Shown one piece after another: positions 24,451-38,355 of a DNA stretch of 64,000 bases; position 1 is the first letter of the stretch, and each line of letters starts with the position of its first letter. The position numbers were made by a program, and so were the translations under genes. This stretch comes from Hydrolagus colliei (Eukaryota), in NCBI GenBank assembly GCA_035084275.1, contig CM068751.1, positions 7,254,001 through 7,318,000 on the forward strand. Reading direction: 5' to 3'. Below the pieces are notes generated by a model. That model saw nothing but the letters and a program-made list of their open reading frames with translations. It did not search any database and was not told the DNA's origin.

Positions 24451-26259
24451 TCTCCTGCTAATGTTACCAGCCTCTTCATTGTTTATTAAAAAAAATGCTT
24501 TCAACTATTTAAAATGTAATTGTATTTGGTGGCAATTGAGATCTGAGCACAGTAAGACATATATAAATACTTATTGACTGAATGTCAACGCAAACTTCTC
24601 AACTACCCTTTAGTTACTAGTAATTATTAATAAGGACTGGAAAGCATTTGCCAAGGAGTATTTATTACCTCTCAGTGAATGTAAATCAATGATTCTATAG
24701 CATTACACTCTGCCGTGGTTTCAGGATATTTTTCACAAAGGGTGGCGGAAGCAAATTGCAGCTTGTATAACATGTAAAAATGATCTATTGGCCTTGGCTT
24801 CAGTTACAGGATTGTACATTGATTTGGGATTTCAATATATTCAAGTGCTATAGACTTAAACTTGCTTTTTTACCCCTAAAAGCCCACTTTTTACTTCAAA
24901 CAAAACAGCTTTTCTTCTAATTTCAGTACAAATCAGCATTTTTCACACATTTCATAGCATTTACATAATAATACAGTATTTAGATACTGTAAATAACTTG
25001 CATCTCGCAGGTTATTGGATGTTTCTATTAGGAGGCATCAATTTTAGAAGATTATATTACTCTGATCTTTTCAGTCTCCATGTAGACTCTCACATTTTTT
25101 ATTCTCTCAATCTAACCAGGTTAACAGGACCTCAGTTCAATTTTCCATTCAAAAGGCAACATGTCCTGCAATGCATAGAGCTTAAACCCACAAACCTATT
25201 CATGAGTAAGCAATATACTCCGAGCAATAGTACACACAGCACCATGTAGAAACGTAATGCTCACTGAGGTGACAATCTGAATGTTTCATAAATTAGTTTG
25301 ATTAATAATTCTTTATTCTTCTGTAGCTATTTCCTAAATGTTCCGTCCTGGAATTCCTACCACATGTTCATGGCACAAGTATTGATTATTATATATTTAT
25401 TGAATCTCTTGGAGTGCTTCACAGGCAAGTACTGTTGAGGGTTTGTTGGAGGCAAATGCACTAGTCATTTTTTCCCGGCAAGATCCCACAAACAGCCACA
25501 AAGTGAAACAGCAATTAATCTGAAAGATTGTTAACCAGGCAAATCTATATTTGAAAATCGTAGAATAACAACTAATTAAAACTGGTCTGCTTCAGAGCTG
25601 TTTTATTTTAGTGGAGTGTGACTGCCTGTTGTGCTTTCGGCTCATAATCCTTTGGGTTATAATTTTAAGTCTTTTAAAATGAACAAAGAATCTCCAACTG
25701 CTCTGGTATGGGAGCTCTAAGCATGCCATAAACTATGTTGCTTGGTTACGTGTTAAACATGTGTATACTTTAATGTCAGAGCAACCCAAATGGGAAAACA
25801 TCTGCAAAGTATTACTGTTTATTACAATTTATCAACCTTTGGCCAATTATGTTATGAGCCAATAATTAAATATAGTTAAGTAGCATTCCCACCAGTTGTG
25901 TATGTTGACACAACACCAGCAGAGTTTTATATTAGTCTATTTGCAAATAGCTTTTGGAAGATGCCGAAGCCTTTGACTTCAATAAACATACTGGGTATTA
26001 CAAGGTGTGAACAGCCAAAGGATGGGACAAACCTATTTTGTGGCTGGCACTGCTCGTTTACATCTGATGTAGCAGATGTATTTACACTAGAAACCACTGA
26101 GCTGAAATGGGTCACCTATCATTCTAGAATATAAAGTGATTTGATGAGGATTACTGTGTCAGAAGTAGGCAAACCCATAGCTAAAATATTCCATTCACAG
26201 CATCCGTTCAAGCAGTGGTTGCTCTTGATATTTCTATGAACCATATGTTTATGTGTATA

Positions 26260-26460
26260 ATAAGCCTTGTACTTTATATAGAGCCTTAAGGTATTGAAAC
26301 ATCTGAATGCTTCACAGGATTTTACTATGAAGAATAGGTACTCTGTAGTAAACTTCATAGCAACCACAGCAGCCAGTTTATCCGCAGCAATGTCCCACAA
26401 ACAGCCATGAAGTGAATGACCCAATTTTATATTTGGGGAATCATTGGCCAGGTCACCAGT
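26260..26460 (-). mobile_element. Older DeuSINE 3' part
   Basis: gcagccagtttatccgcagcaatgtcccacaaacagccatgaagtgaatgacc...ttggccagg. Confidence 0.7.
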
Positions 26461-26977
26461 TTTATTCCTAACTCAAAAACAAGAGAGATTTGCAGTTCAT
26501 AAAAAAATTGAGCAAAGCTCAAAAGAAATTGAAATAAAATCTCTTTAAATTAATTGAAAGACATTGTTTTTGTTTCTTTAGCGAGGGATGTAATTTGATA
26601 TCGCAAGGTCGACACTTTCTATCTTTTTATATTCCTCTCTTACAGAAATTATTCGAAAATGATGGGTTTAATTACTTGTGTTAACAGCTCCTACGAACCA
26701 GAAATAGAATTACTGATGATCTCAACTATCAACGGAAAGCAATAAAAAAGAGAACTATAGAAACATACGTGGTTACAAACAAATCTTTCCCTTTCATTCA
26801 TCAATGCCTTGTGATTAGTCTAAGCCATTATGAAAAAGGGGTTTAGTGAAGAGTGTCTCCCGATGCCCTTGTCAACAATCCCAGATAAAAATGGTGATTA
26901 CATATCCTGGCTGTCTGTGGAATGCTAGGTCAGTGGTTTGGGAGGCCCTTTTGACGAGAAAGGCACTATACTAATGT

Positions 26978-27145
26978 ACAACAACAACTTGCACAATTAT
27001 ACGCCCTCCACGTTGGGTAACGTTTCAGAGCCCTTAACAAGGCTGGTGGATTAAGGGAAGTGAGGAGGTCGGAAAATTTGGGAGGTACCAAGGAATGAGT
27101 GGATTTGAGCACAAGTGTGAGGATCTTAATGTGGTTTGGTATTTT
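26978..27145 (-). mobile_element. L2 3' fragment with internal deletion
   Basis: Minus translation IKILTLVLKSTHSLVPPKFSDLL joined directly to an L2 tail ending (GTT)n. Confidence 0.7.
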
Positions 27146-30100
27146 GTATTTGTAATGTTGTTGTATGCAAATCGGTTGCAGGGGCATGTTGTCAGAATGC
27201 ATTGTCTACACTTGACACTCAATCATGTGAGGTTGCAGTATGGGTGTCAGGCCAACATTTAAAGAAAATTTGCAGGTGATGTCTTGAGGATCCGTTACGA
27301 GGAAATCGCCAAGGGAAACAAACATTGGCGAATTGATGGAGAACGCGAAAGCGAAGTTACTCGTAGCTGCTAGTTTTAAACAAATAACTTGTTGTAGTTT
27401 ATTTCAGTAACTGATCGGTGTGGAATTGGATTCTGTTTAAATAGCAGCATTCCCTTTGATCAGTATCGAACATGATGTCTGATTGATTTTCCTCTCTGTG
27501 CATTCCCCTGGTGTCTGCAGTTGACAGATCATATCTTGTAAAGTCATTTGCTGAGATTGGGATCAGTGGAGTCACTTTCGTCTTTGCAGCCCCTATCACC
27601 TCCGTGCACTAAACCAAATTACAGTGCTACCTTATTCTGGTAGCACTATCATAATTTAACAATAATCACCAGGGATTAAATGATGGCGAAGAAACATCAG
27701 ACCAGTCTTTATACAAAAACTTCTTTTGAGATTGGCCGTTTACGCTGAAGTTGTTTCCTACTGTGTGATTTCTCTTTCTACTGGGGTTGATAATGTGTGT
27801 TTGTGTGGACTGACGTTACAAGCATTTTAAAAGTAAAGAATCATCTCCACTTCCTTAAAGAGATTTTGCTCGAAGGACTCTGTTGCATTGTCACCTCAAA
27901 AAGTGACATACGAAAGCGGTGAGTGACATATGAGCTGGGCAGAAATAGTGCCTGATTGTGCTAAATTCCAGGAGAATCTCAAATTTAATTGATCTGAATA
28001 GTGTGTGATAGACTATTTGATAGTGAGCTGGATCAAAGCTGATCTGAATCCTGGCTCATTTGATTCAACAGGAACACTGGTTCAGGCCAGGTCACTGGGC
28101 TCAATTAAGAAGAGGTTTGATGCTATAATTGGAAAGACAGTAGGTTCAATATTTGGGGAAAAATTAGACCAGTGAAGAATGGTCACTGGATAAGGGCAAT
28201 GGAAGGCTCTAGGATCTTCATGCTGAGCGAAATGTTGAAGTGAAAAAACACTACAAGTATATCTTCAGCAAGTAGGAGTTGGAGTTCTATTTAAGCAGAT
28301 TCATATTTAATTTCCTCTGTAGTTCCAGAGTCCAGGTATATTTCTCTCCTGTGGCAAGGACCAGAAAGATGGGAAATTTCCTGCTCCCAGATCCTGACCT
28401 GGATTTACTTCCAATATAAACGTCCCTTGATGTCCCCTTGTACAGCTTTGTTCACTCTCCAGCACACAGCCGACAATGAAAACGCACTGAGGAAAGTATG
28501 GAAACTGTAGATTGCTGTGATGATATGGTGCAAAATAGTAAAGAAATTCAATCTATTAAATCTGTCCCAGAAAAGCTTTTAGCATAATTTGAGTGGCACA
28601 TGGAACTTGTATACGATTCTAGCAACACAAAGCAGCGATATTTGAGCTGGACAGAGTTGAACCGAATTGTGCTAAATCCCAGGGGAATCTCAAATTTAAT
28701 TAATCTAGCTTCTTGCTCTACTTCCTCTGTGTGCCAAGTCTAGCTTTGTGATGTTTTTTCCCCCCTCAACAAACTGACTCCCGTAGAAAGCGGAACATTG
28801 TTAACCTTTGTGATTGTGATGTTTATTCTTCATACCATTCATTTTCGATTGTATCCTATGATGCTTGTTCTTGGACCGCTTCAGTTGGTTGACAGTGGGC
28901 AAACTTCGAGCTCGCAGCGAATACACATTTTGATCATTACACACGCATTGCTATCTTCAACCAAACAGGTGAGCAAGTCCTCACGGGTAGCCGTTTTACA
29001 GTATGAGCAATCTGATGAATCTTGCATTGCAAGTACTTACAAGAATCTCTAGAATGCAACGAGTTGACCTGTTAAGCAGAATGACAAGCAAATCAAAGCC
29101 CCTTATTAATTATTGTGCACAGAATGTGGCTGGGATATTGACAATGGTGCATTTCATATTGGGAGGACGTTTGGATTATGAATCCAAAGTAATCTTAGGA
29201 TTTACTGTAGGTATAGTGATTGTGTGATTTGTAGACAACTGATGATTAAGGAGAATGACCATTTTCTCCTGGACGTTTTTTGAGCCAGGGCAAACTCCCT
29301 TCTCTTTTGAATAGTTTGTCATTTTTTGAATAATCATTCGTAATTCGTAGATGGCTTTTGGTAGACTTGAGTGCCATCACCACACTCAGGGTTTCATTTG
29401 AAAGGGTTTACACTGAATCAGCAGCTGCTGTGAGTCTGAACATTTAGCAGTAAACTGGCAGTCGAAACAAAGAATCTAAATAACAATGGCTCGCAGTGTT
29501 TCATCACTTTTCACACCTAGGCTGAAAGGGTGGACCACATAAAAGACAGATCTGCACAAAGAGAAGGGGCTTGTTACATTTCCTTGTGTTTGTTGACAAT
29601 CAATTCAGAAACTCTGCTTAGTCTTTGACTCTGAACTTTATAATTACTTTAAGTAGCTTATTAACAGTAAATCCTGTTTTTTTTCCCCCTAATTGGAAAG
29701 GAAATAACAGTAGCTGTGATGTCCTGTGTAATGTTCACGTCGAGGTGTTAAGATTGTCAGCCTTTCTTTTTTGCCTTTTCTGCAAACAAAGAATTATGCT
29801 TGCAACTCTCCCATCATAGGCAGGAGTCCTACAGTTTCAATGTACGGTGAAATGTTGCTGTTGCTCTGTTATGTTAAAGGGTTTCAGGATTTTTGCTTCA
29901 AAAGCCAGAGGAAAAACACAGGCAGACATCTGCAATCAGCCCATGCTACCATTACTACCATCGACCATCTCAAAGGAGGTCTAGATTTTGCTGACAGTCT
30001 GCCATAGCAGTGAGGACTCTTGGCTACTGATGGCGCTAGTTTGGAGATCCATATGTGAGAAAGGGATTGTTATATATATGTCTAGCTCCTCTGTTCAGCT

Positions 30101-30929
30101 GCACACTGGGGAATTTCACATTGTGCTATTCTGTCTCCAAAACAAACAGGATCACAGCAACACCCTAAGTCCAGTACAAATTTTATCTAATTCAAAGTCA
30201 AGTTACACCTCAGGTTACACCTCCACTGCCATTGTAGAATTTCTCTGCCCTATACAGTACGGGAACAAGAATGTTATTAGTGGTTCCCACTTGTTGTAGC
30301 TGTCCAGTGAACCTTGCTTGAAAATGAACATAACATGTTAGACGAGGACAAGACTTGACTAGACAGCAATACTCTGGATACATCATCAGTGTACACTCAT
30401 TGAGGGCTATGATGCATTGGTTACTGCAAACGTTGATTCTTTTCACTGTATTTTTAGAGTGGGAGTTTCCCGTTCAAAACACAATAGATCTTTTTAAATG
30501 TGGGTATACTCACAAGTTCGATCCCACTATCTTGGTTTGCACATGAGGAATAGCCACTTCGGAAAGCAGGGGAGTGACCAACTACATATTTAATATTCTA
30601 GCATAAATGAGCATCTTCATGGCAGAAATGATACAGAAAAAGAGAGCAGAACATGTAACCAGATAAACTACTTGAGTTTCTAAGTGCTTTTCCATTCGTT
30701 GAAGTTCTGGGTGGCATTTAAGAATCCAAATCCAGCATATGTTACACACATTCAGATTACACATTAACAGAAAAATACCACACATAAGAAGAGAGAGCTT
30801 GCAATTAGCATTTTTATAGCATTTTTAGAGCACCTCCCATCAATGTCTCAAAGCGTAGTGACCTGTCTCTTATAGTCAACCATCATAGAGTACAGTTGAT
30901 TGCTTTGATTTTAGACATAATTTTTTGGC

Positions 30930-31219
30930 GTCCTGTAGCTCAGTGGTTAGAGCACTCGTCTTGCAAGCAAGAGACCGGGGTTTGATTCCAGGCAGGGCAA
31001 AACCTTGGGCAAGTTTCCTTATTCCACATGCCTGATAATAATCCCTCGAAAAAACATTGGTCATCTCAATTCATGACTGTTGTGGAACACTGCTGTGTGC
31101 AATTGGTTGCCATGTTTTGCCCGCAAAATATACAGTCAATTTACTTTGCAGTATATTCTGTGAAACACTTTGAGATGTCTACAATGTGTGAAAAGCTGTA
31201 TGCAAGGATTACTATAATT
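30930..31219 (+). mobile_element. Full-length tRNA-derived SINE
   Basis: gtcctgtagctcagtggttagagc (A box), ggtttgattcc (B box), family body and tail. Confidence 0.93.
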
Positions 31220-32965
31220 CTTCATCTTTTTCTTCTTATTATTATCATTATCACCATGAATCTAAATTAATGAATGCGGCTGGTCGGCAGAATGGCAAGG
31301 GATAAGCTTGTCACTGGTGACGGAGATCTTAACTGCAACTTCTGTGTTTTGAGTCCAGGTCAGGATGGGGTAAAAAAGCAAAACAAAAGTTTGTCCTTTC
31401 ATCCCTACAAATTGAATCCCATTCTATAATCATAATAATCCTTCTCTTTATAACAATAAGGATTAAACATGTTTTATGCCAGGTGCCCTGTCTAACTTGA
31501 AAGCAAGGTTGACATCCATGTGTAGTTTTCTGTCTTGGCACTGCACTGGTGTCCCTGTATTTTATTTGGAAAATTGAACTTAAGAAGTACGCTGCAGTCC
31601 ATGGTGTGGTATCCAGCAAAAGTCCCTCCAGGGATGACCGCAAATAACCTAGATACAATGTGAAATAAAAAGAGCAGACGGGTATTAAGGCATACAGCAC
31701 CAATTTGTAAAGCCTAAAACATTCTTTTAAGATATATCCAAGTCAAAGCTGAAAGGAGACTACCACTGTAACAAGGTATAGTGTATTTTCAAGATGTAAA
31801 ATATCCTTTACTAAATTAATCCAGGTATGTAATTATAGGAATTGAAAGTTTGCAGGATTTGGGAAGAAATTAGTTATTTCTTGGCCTGCAATCAGTTCAA
31901 TGGTATAAAGAGAACTCTGGTATGTGCACTGAGGGTCACTGATTGACTTCTTAAGGGAAAAGGAAATGGTATTTAAGACGAAGAATCTAAACATACAGCA
32001 GATTTATTCATAAAATCATTTTCAGATGGAATTAAAACATTTTGGAGCTGTGGTAGGGGCCTCATTTCAAATCCTGCCCATCCCAGGCCAGTGTTCTATA
32101 GTTACACACATTCGCTTTACTGCAGTATTACATGAGGCAAAGAAGCAATAAATGTGAATAAGAAGGTAATTTTCGAAATACCGTATCTAATTTTTAAGAA
32201 GGAACACATGAAAAATATTCCTAATGATTCCAAGATGTTGATCATTGCAATCTGTGATCCAACCATTTACTTGACTGTAAATGACAGTCTTGTAGACTTT
32301 CTTCAAATTTAAGTATGGTATCCAATGTTTAAATATACTTTTTATTGTCCAAACGAAATGCGTTCAAAATAAAATGAAACGGGATCAGTAGCATCTCGTT
32401 GACAACTGGATGATGAGTTTTGATGAGACTCTGGCATACTTGAAATCTCAGCTCCTTGTGGTTGCTTCGCTCTCCCATCGAAACAAAACATTTTCGGAGC
32501 AGTTTGGCGGTTAGGCCAAGAAATTCTGTTTCTTTTACGTTGATGGAAGAGTGGGTCAACACTCCAGTGAAACTTCATCTGAAAAAACAGCTCCATCTGA
32601 AAAAATAGCATGCATGAGAACAGCCTTGAGTGCTTTTACCATAACCATCCACATGTTTGCATGAAACGGAGTGTTCTTGCTAAACCAGCATTAATATCGA
32701 AAGTGTTTTTGACAATTAAATAAATTTGAACTGATCTTGAATTTTTTTAAATTGATTTTTAAAACAGTTAGAAAGAGGTGGTGCTCGCCAACCTGTTGAT
32801 ATTTGTGTTGGGAGGGAGCGCCATATTGTTAAAATTAAGCAAGTGATTCTTTACACTAATAGTCAGTCCTCAATCCTTAGAATGGAGGTTGAAAAAAGTA
32901 CTGAATGGTTCGGAGAAACTATTTTTCTCCATAGGGAAGGGAGGAAATGTGTAGACTTTTTATCA

Positions 32966-33338
32966 GATCCTTTCACTTCTCTTCTCCCTCCTACTTCTCT
33001 TCTCCCTCCTACCTCTCTAACCTCTCTCCTCACAACAATATCCATTGCCTTCACTCTACTGGGTCTGGCCTCCTCCTTGTCCCCCAAATTCTCTGTTCCA
33101 CCATCAGCAGCCGTGCTTCAGCCACTACATCCCGAGGCTCTGGAACCCCCTCCCTCACTCCCTTCACCCTGCCTCCTCCTTTCCTATTTTCAGGTCGTGC
33201 CTGAAGACTTTTTGACCGTGTTTTTGGTCACCTTTTTCCCCACCTCCCTTTGGCTCGGCCCCGGGATCTGCTTTGTGAAGCACTCTGAGACGCTGTCTGG
33301 CATGGAGGGCTCTATATAAATCTAGGTTGTTGTTGTTG
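32966..33338 (+). mobile_element. L2 LINE 3' fragment (subfamily B) with an internal 18-bp tandem duplication
   Basis: Homologous to 11246-11671 (ggctcggccccgggatc...gtgaagcactctgagacg...ctatataaatctagg(ttg)n). acttctcttctccctcct duplicated at 32975-33010. Confidence 0.9.
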
Positions 33339-34309
33339 ACTTGATCTGAGTTCTTTGCAAACCTGCTGAACACAGAGGTATAAGCAATCCCATGGAGCTA
33401 TCTATGTCTCCTCATCTGGCTGTTTACAGTGAAATGTTTACAGTGGTTAAGATTATTTGCCCACTTGATCTCCTCCTTCCAGAACACCAATCCTGCTCTC
33501 TTGCCATCAGAGAAACAAACTGCTGTTTTGAATAAATGTACCTGCATGATTGAGGCCACTGTGGGTTTTGACATGAAAGGCACTATACAAGTGTAATTTT
33601 GTTGGTGTTGTTAAAATACTGATTTACGTACAAATAGAAAACTTCTAGGATAGATGGAGCTTTATTCGAAACATAACTGGAGAGAATCAAACTAGTCAGT
33701 TAACTGGCTATCATCCCGGATCTGTGTGCAACACAATCAGATAAATTGCAATGAAAAAGTTACCATTTTCAACCTTGGCATCTCCGCTGATTGATGATTT
33801 CAATCTCATCGTTGTTGATGTAGCAGAGAACACATAATCCTTTTCAACAGCATTTTAATGAGTCAAATGTGTTTTCGAGAGGTCTCGATACTGAAGTTTT
33901 GTTTTCTGCAAGCTTTGCGATTTAATGCTCAAAAGAATTTTGCAAACTCTCTTAGATGCAGAAACAGCTGGTGACTATTTAATTTTATTTCAAGTTTTTT
34001 TTTAGTAGCTTTATAAACTTGTGACTAGTTCATTGTTCATGACATTTCGAAGCATGAATTTGAAACGATTTAACATAACTAATTTTTCTTTTGCTTCCAT
34101 TTATTAAAAAAAGATTTCATGGTTTTGTTCTGTGCCTCAGTCACGATCTTCAATAACTATCTCTTGCTCCATTAGACAGAATCCTCCAGGTTTAATAAAA
34201 TCTTTAAAATGTTCCAACAATCATTCACATACCTGTAGCATTCAGTCGATTGCATAAAAAGCCCCAACATGTGAAAAGGCTGACTGTTTGTTAAGCAAAA
34301 TATTTAATC

Positions 34310-34750
34310 ATTTGTGTCCTCTTAACCAATGGTACAGCATTTCCACCTTAACGAAGGCACACTTGACAAGAGAAGTTTATGCATTCCCCCGGAGGGGTCT
34401 TGTAATCACTTTGTCAATCTGGAGATCAATGCCCTTGAGTAGTATCCTACAATCATCATTTTGTTTTGTCACCCACACATGGAAACTCGTCATCGTGCTC
34501 AATGGTGTCCAAACCAGGAGGAGAGTTCCACGCATGCATATCACCAACAAATCAAATTTACCCTCACCTAGAATGGCGTGTGCTGTGCACTCTTTCTGCA
34601 GAGGTACACACCAGTTTCGGTTCATTTTGCACAGACTGGCAGACATGGGCATCCCTTTGGGACACTGCTAGAGTTGAACCAGCTAGAGCTGGCTCCTCTC
34701 TGTCATCAACAGTGCCTTGGAGTGCTGCACGACCCACTTGGCTCAGGAAC
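34310..34750 (+). mobile_element. Possible degenerate Vingi/Ingi-clade LINE 3' ORF remnant
   Basis: GC-richer block. Frame SNLPSPRMACAVHSFCRGTHQFRFILHRLADMGIPLGHC loosely resembles the LPRxxWxxLNRxRTGxGxxxxxLHRWGxxxxPxCxC pre-zinc-knuckle motif. By-eye similarity only. Confidence 0.3.
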
Positions 34751-35194
34751 TGAACTACTGAGGCTGACACTTTTGTTATTTTTATGATTAAAATGTAACC
34801 AAACTCAGACCTACTGTTAAAATAGTTGTATAACATTTCAAAACTCAAACCATTTAAAAAAAATGTTTTATTGAGTTCACTTTTCATCTTCAAAAAAGGT
34901 TAAACAGTGACAGAAAGCGAACCGTATTCTATAGAGACACAATTTCAGTGCAAGAAAAGTCAACACATGCGCCATTGATAGCTTATGAATTTCTGTTTGT
35001 TGTTGGTTCTGCTGCATAGCACTATTGAAGAGATCTGGTGTTTTACATCAAGTAAAGATCTTCAATGCGGCTTGATATCAACTGTAGGCTCAGTGAGTAT
35101 AACTTTGTATGTCTATTATGACATGTCGATCTTGAGCTGTCATGTATTCCTTAGCATATTACCATCTGTGCACCACGAGTTTCCAAAATAAAAT

Positions 35195-35360
35195 GAGCCA
35201 TTTGTTTCACGGGACATTGCTGTGCGCAAATTAGCTGCCGAGTTTGTCCGCAAAACAACCACAGTCACTACACTTTACAGTATATCCTGGGAAATGCTTT
35301 GAGATGTCCTCCCTATGTGAAAGACATTTTATTAGTAGTAGTATTATTATTATTGTTGTT
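35195..35360 (+). mobile_element. SINE 3' part (older Deu-type variant)
   Basis: gggacattgctgtgcgcaaattagctgccgagtttg...cagtcactacactttacagtat...gctttgagatgtcctccc. Confidence 0.85.
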
Positions 35361-37809
35361 AATATTGCAAAGGGAATATTCTCCGGGCACTCCGAGGGTA
35401 AACACTGTGTTGGCACATGGAAAAAATAGAACAATTACTTTTAACATTATTCCATCAGGGCATTTATTATGTGAACTGTCACTGAAACTTTTTCACTCAA
35501 GCAAATTTTGGGGGAGCTCAAAGATCTCAATTGATTCAATGAATAATTTATTTTTACTTTGCTAAATAGGAATTGATCTTCCTTCAGTAGTTCACTACAT
35601 AATAAAATGAAAATAAACCTCATCCTGAGCCAATCAATCACTGACTCAAAACATGAAGGCAATGGAACAGGAATGAGGAACTAAAAGATGAAAGACAAGG
35701 ATCAGCTGTAATGTCATATTTGACTTTCTATGACACTGAATTATTTTCCCAGCAGGTCAAAAAGTAAACCATTGCAGGTTTCTCTTTTACTCTACTCTTG
35801 ATAAGACGATATGTTACATCTGGGTGAATTGCACCTGGATAAGATTATAGACCAATATCTGAGTGAGCAAGGCAGAGATAGGTTTCAACCAAAACATTTT
35901 TGTGCGATTGAAATCAGATCATTGAAAGCCGGCAGAGCATCTTATTAAATCAGCCCGCAAAGTATTTTTGAAAAATAATTTCTCGTCACTTCTCCTACTG
36001 CTGATGTTGACACCGTGGGCAAGGATGAGAATGTTGGTCTATTTGGGAGCAAATGAAAGTGATGCTGCAGCAATCATTTAAAAAAAAACATAATGGTTGT
36101 AAGTATATTGTTGATTTTAAATAGCAAAAAAATTCTGTTGCTTTAAATATCATACAATTCTGCTTACTCCATTATTTACTATCATTCAACTTTTCTGCAA
36201 TTCAGCAAAAGTAGAGCATTCACAATCCAGTGTTTTATAATCTGATGAGGAAGCGACTCTGGTTTTGGCTTTGATGGCTTTTTTGGTTAATTGTGGAAAT
36301 GTCTCGCCTATAAATTAGACTTCAGTTATTGTCGTGTCTTGCCATCGCATAGACAAATGAAAAAAGGCACTTAAGAATCTTTACAGTATGATAAAATCCT
36401 CTCAGTAATATATTTGGATTTATTAACTGAGATAAATGTAAAGAAGACAACATTTGGGATTATGTATATGATGCATGACTCTGAATAATCAGTGCACCTT
36501 GTGTTTAGTGATGAATATATACTGCTTTTTATGTTATTACTAAATTGAAGTTTGACAGTTTTATGAGCAAACATCTAGCTCTGTGGTAAAATACAGTTTG
36601 TAACAATGCCAAACTTGCTGCAATCCTGGGTCATTCATTACACTGACTATTTATTACACTTGTGCTTCAGCAATGAAAATGTCATATTAAAAGAATGGTT
36701 CACAATCCCCTGAGGCGTTTTGCTGACAATCACAAGTAGTTTTAGAACATAATTAAAATATTTTAAGGTAGAGGGCTTACATTTTTTTTAAAGAAAGAAA
36801 GATTGACTGAAACGATCAAGCCATAAGTAACACACTTCCTTCATGTCACTGTTCTCTAGATTTAGATTCCAGCTGCTGGTGTTTTGAAGCTATGCATCGC
36901 ACAGTGTGATAAATGCTATCACTCGGTGGATCATCTCACCGCAGGGAATGAGTGACACTCTATCCGTCTTACTCTGTGCACTGGGAGCACTGCTAATGGA
37001 AGGTGTGTAGCTGTTGTAAGCCATTTACAAAGCCAGATTGCGTTGTTTGTATCAGGAGGATTCAAAGTGAATGAACTCTCAAAGCATTTCCATCGCACTG
37101 CCCTTTCCTTCACTGCATGAAGTAGTATTGAATTACCATCCAAAACATGGCAGTGGAAAGTGGCAGGAATATTGTCATCACGCCAGCTAAACTGAAGTCT
37201 CTTTTCGATTTATTTTGTTGGCTGACCAAAAAGATTGGCCACCACCGTGCTGGAGTTTGTAAGAATAGTTTGACGCAATCACGCATAAATGGTTAACTGC
37301 AAAAATCAATATGAATTAGCACATCTGGACCTAAATGTGATAAAAAGCTGCAGGTTTTATCAATCCATAATGACATCCCTCGTACCAGTAGACGGATGTC
37401 TAGGTCTATGAAGTCTGTGGCATGCTGTTAATTGTAACTGAGATGCTGGCTCATTCCGAAACTCTGGGTTTTCCGGGATATTTGATTCTTTGTGGATTTC
37501 CTTCTCCTGTTGGGCTGCTATTTTTTCACGGGCCATTGGTTCTCACATCAAATTTCCACATCTGATATTCAGGAATACAGCACTCAGAAACACCAGATTC
37601 ATCAGTAACACATGGCTGAGAATTCTGCATATCTACCGATTTCTGGTCTATCCTTATCTGCTTAATCTCGTTTCATTGCAATCTAATTTTCAAAATTAAA
37701 TTACATTTATAAACGGTGATTTTAAAATTAATTCAAGGTGGAGTGAAAAGGTTTCTTTATTACATTGCAGAGTCTTCCTATTGATATCGGATCCAATTTG
37801 GGCGTGCAA

Positions 37810-37851
37810 ATATATTATATATATATATAAAATATATGTAGATATATATAA
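37810..37851. repeat. Imperfect (TA)n tract
   Basis: Direct. Confidence 0.9.
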
Positions 37852-38355
37852 AAGTTCTTATCACCTTAAAACTTTAGCAGCAATAAAGTTCAGCAGCAGT
37901 CTTTTTTTTGGCCCCACCATTGACTAATGCAATCACCTGGAAGAAAAGATTAAGAGTTAACATCCCCGTTTCAATGCTTGTGATTCATTAATTTTATCTC
38001 TGGCCAAAGCATTTCAGTTATCTCTGCTGCAGCTACTGTATTAAAACTGATCGACTAATTTGCAAGTTCTCAATTGTGAGCTTGGATTCCCAATATCTCT
38101 TCCATTCAAGATAAAGAAGGGACGACATAGGTAGGAAGGAGGCAGCAACTGATCTCAAGAATTCCTTCCCCATCTCCCTCCTCAGGTTTTTGCCTCTGTG
38201 TAGCAGTGTCTTCCAAACTAATTTAAACTCTGCACACAAATTTGATCTTCCTACTGACTCCAATTTCACTGCTGATTCTGAATGTGAAGTTTCGGTTTGT
38301 TCCCAAAATCAATGCATAAAGACAACTTGGACTCACTATAATGTTAATTTGTGAA

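Noticed and set aside
30930-31000. tRNA-like sequences (also at 7050-7118, 38356, 40446, 50785, 61080-61141)
   Set aside because: They are SINE heads: always fused to the same body and L2-type tail, with diverged boxes and no clean acceptor stem.
32342-32611. Minus-strand ORF behind duplicated ttttttcag acceptor-like sites
   Set aside because: The acceptors come from an 18-bp tandem duplication (32576-32609). No good donor and no recognisable protein.
32770-32830. CTCF/YY1-like motifs (aggtggtgct; agggagcgccatatt)
   Set aside because: Only half-site matches, too weak to support without ChIP or conservation data.
36241-36260. CTGATGA boxes (also ~29012, ~45975, ~61148) as further hammerheads
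   Set aside because: No stem II followed by GAAA in register.
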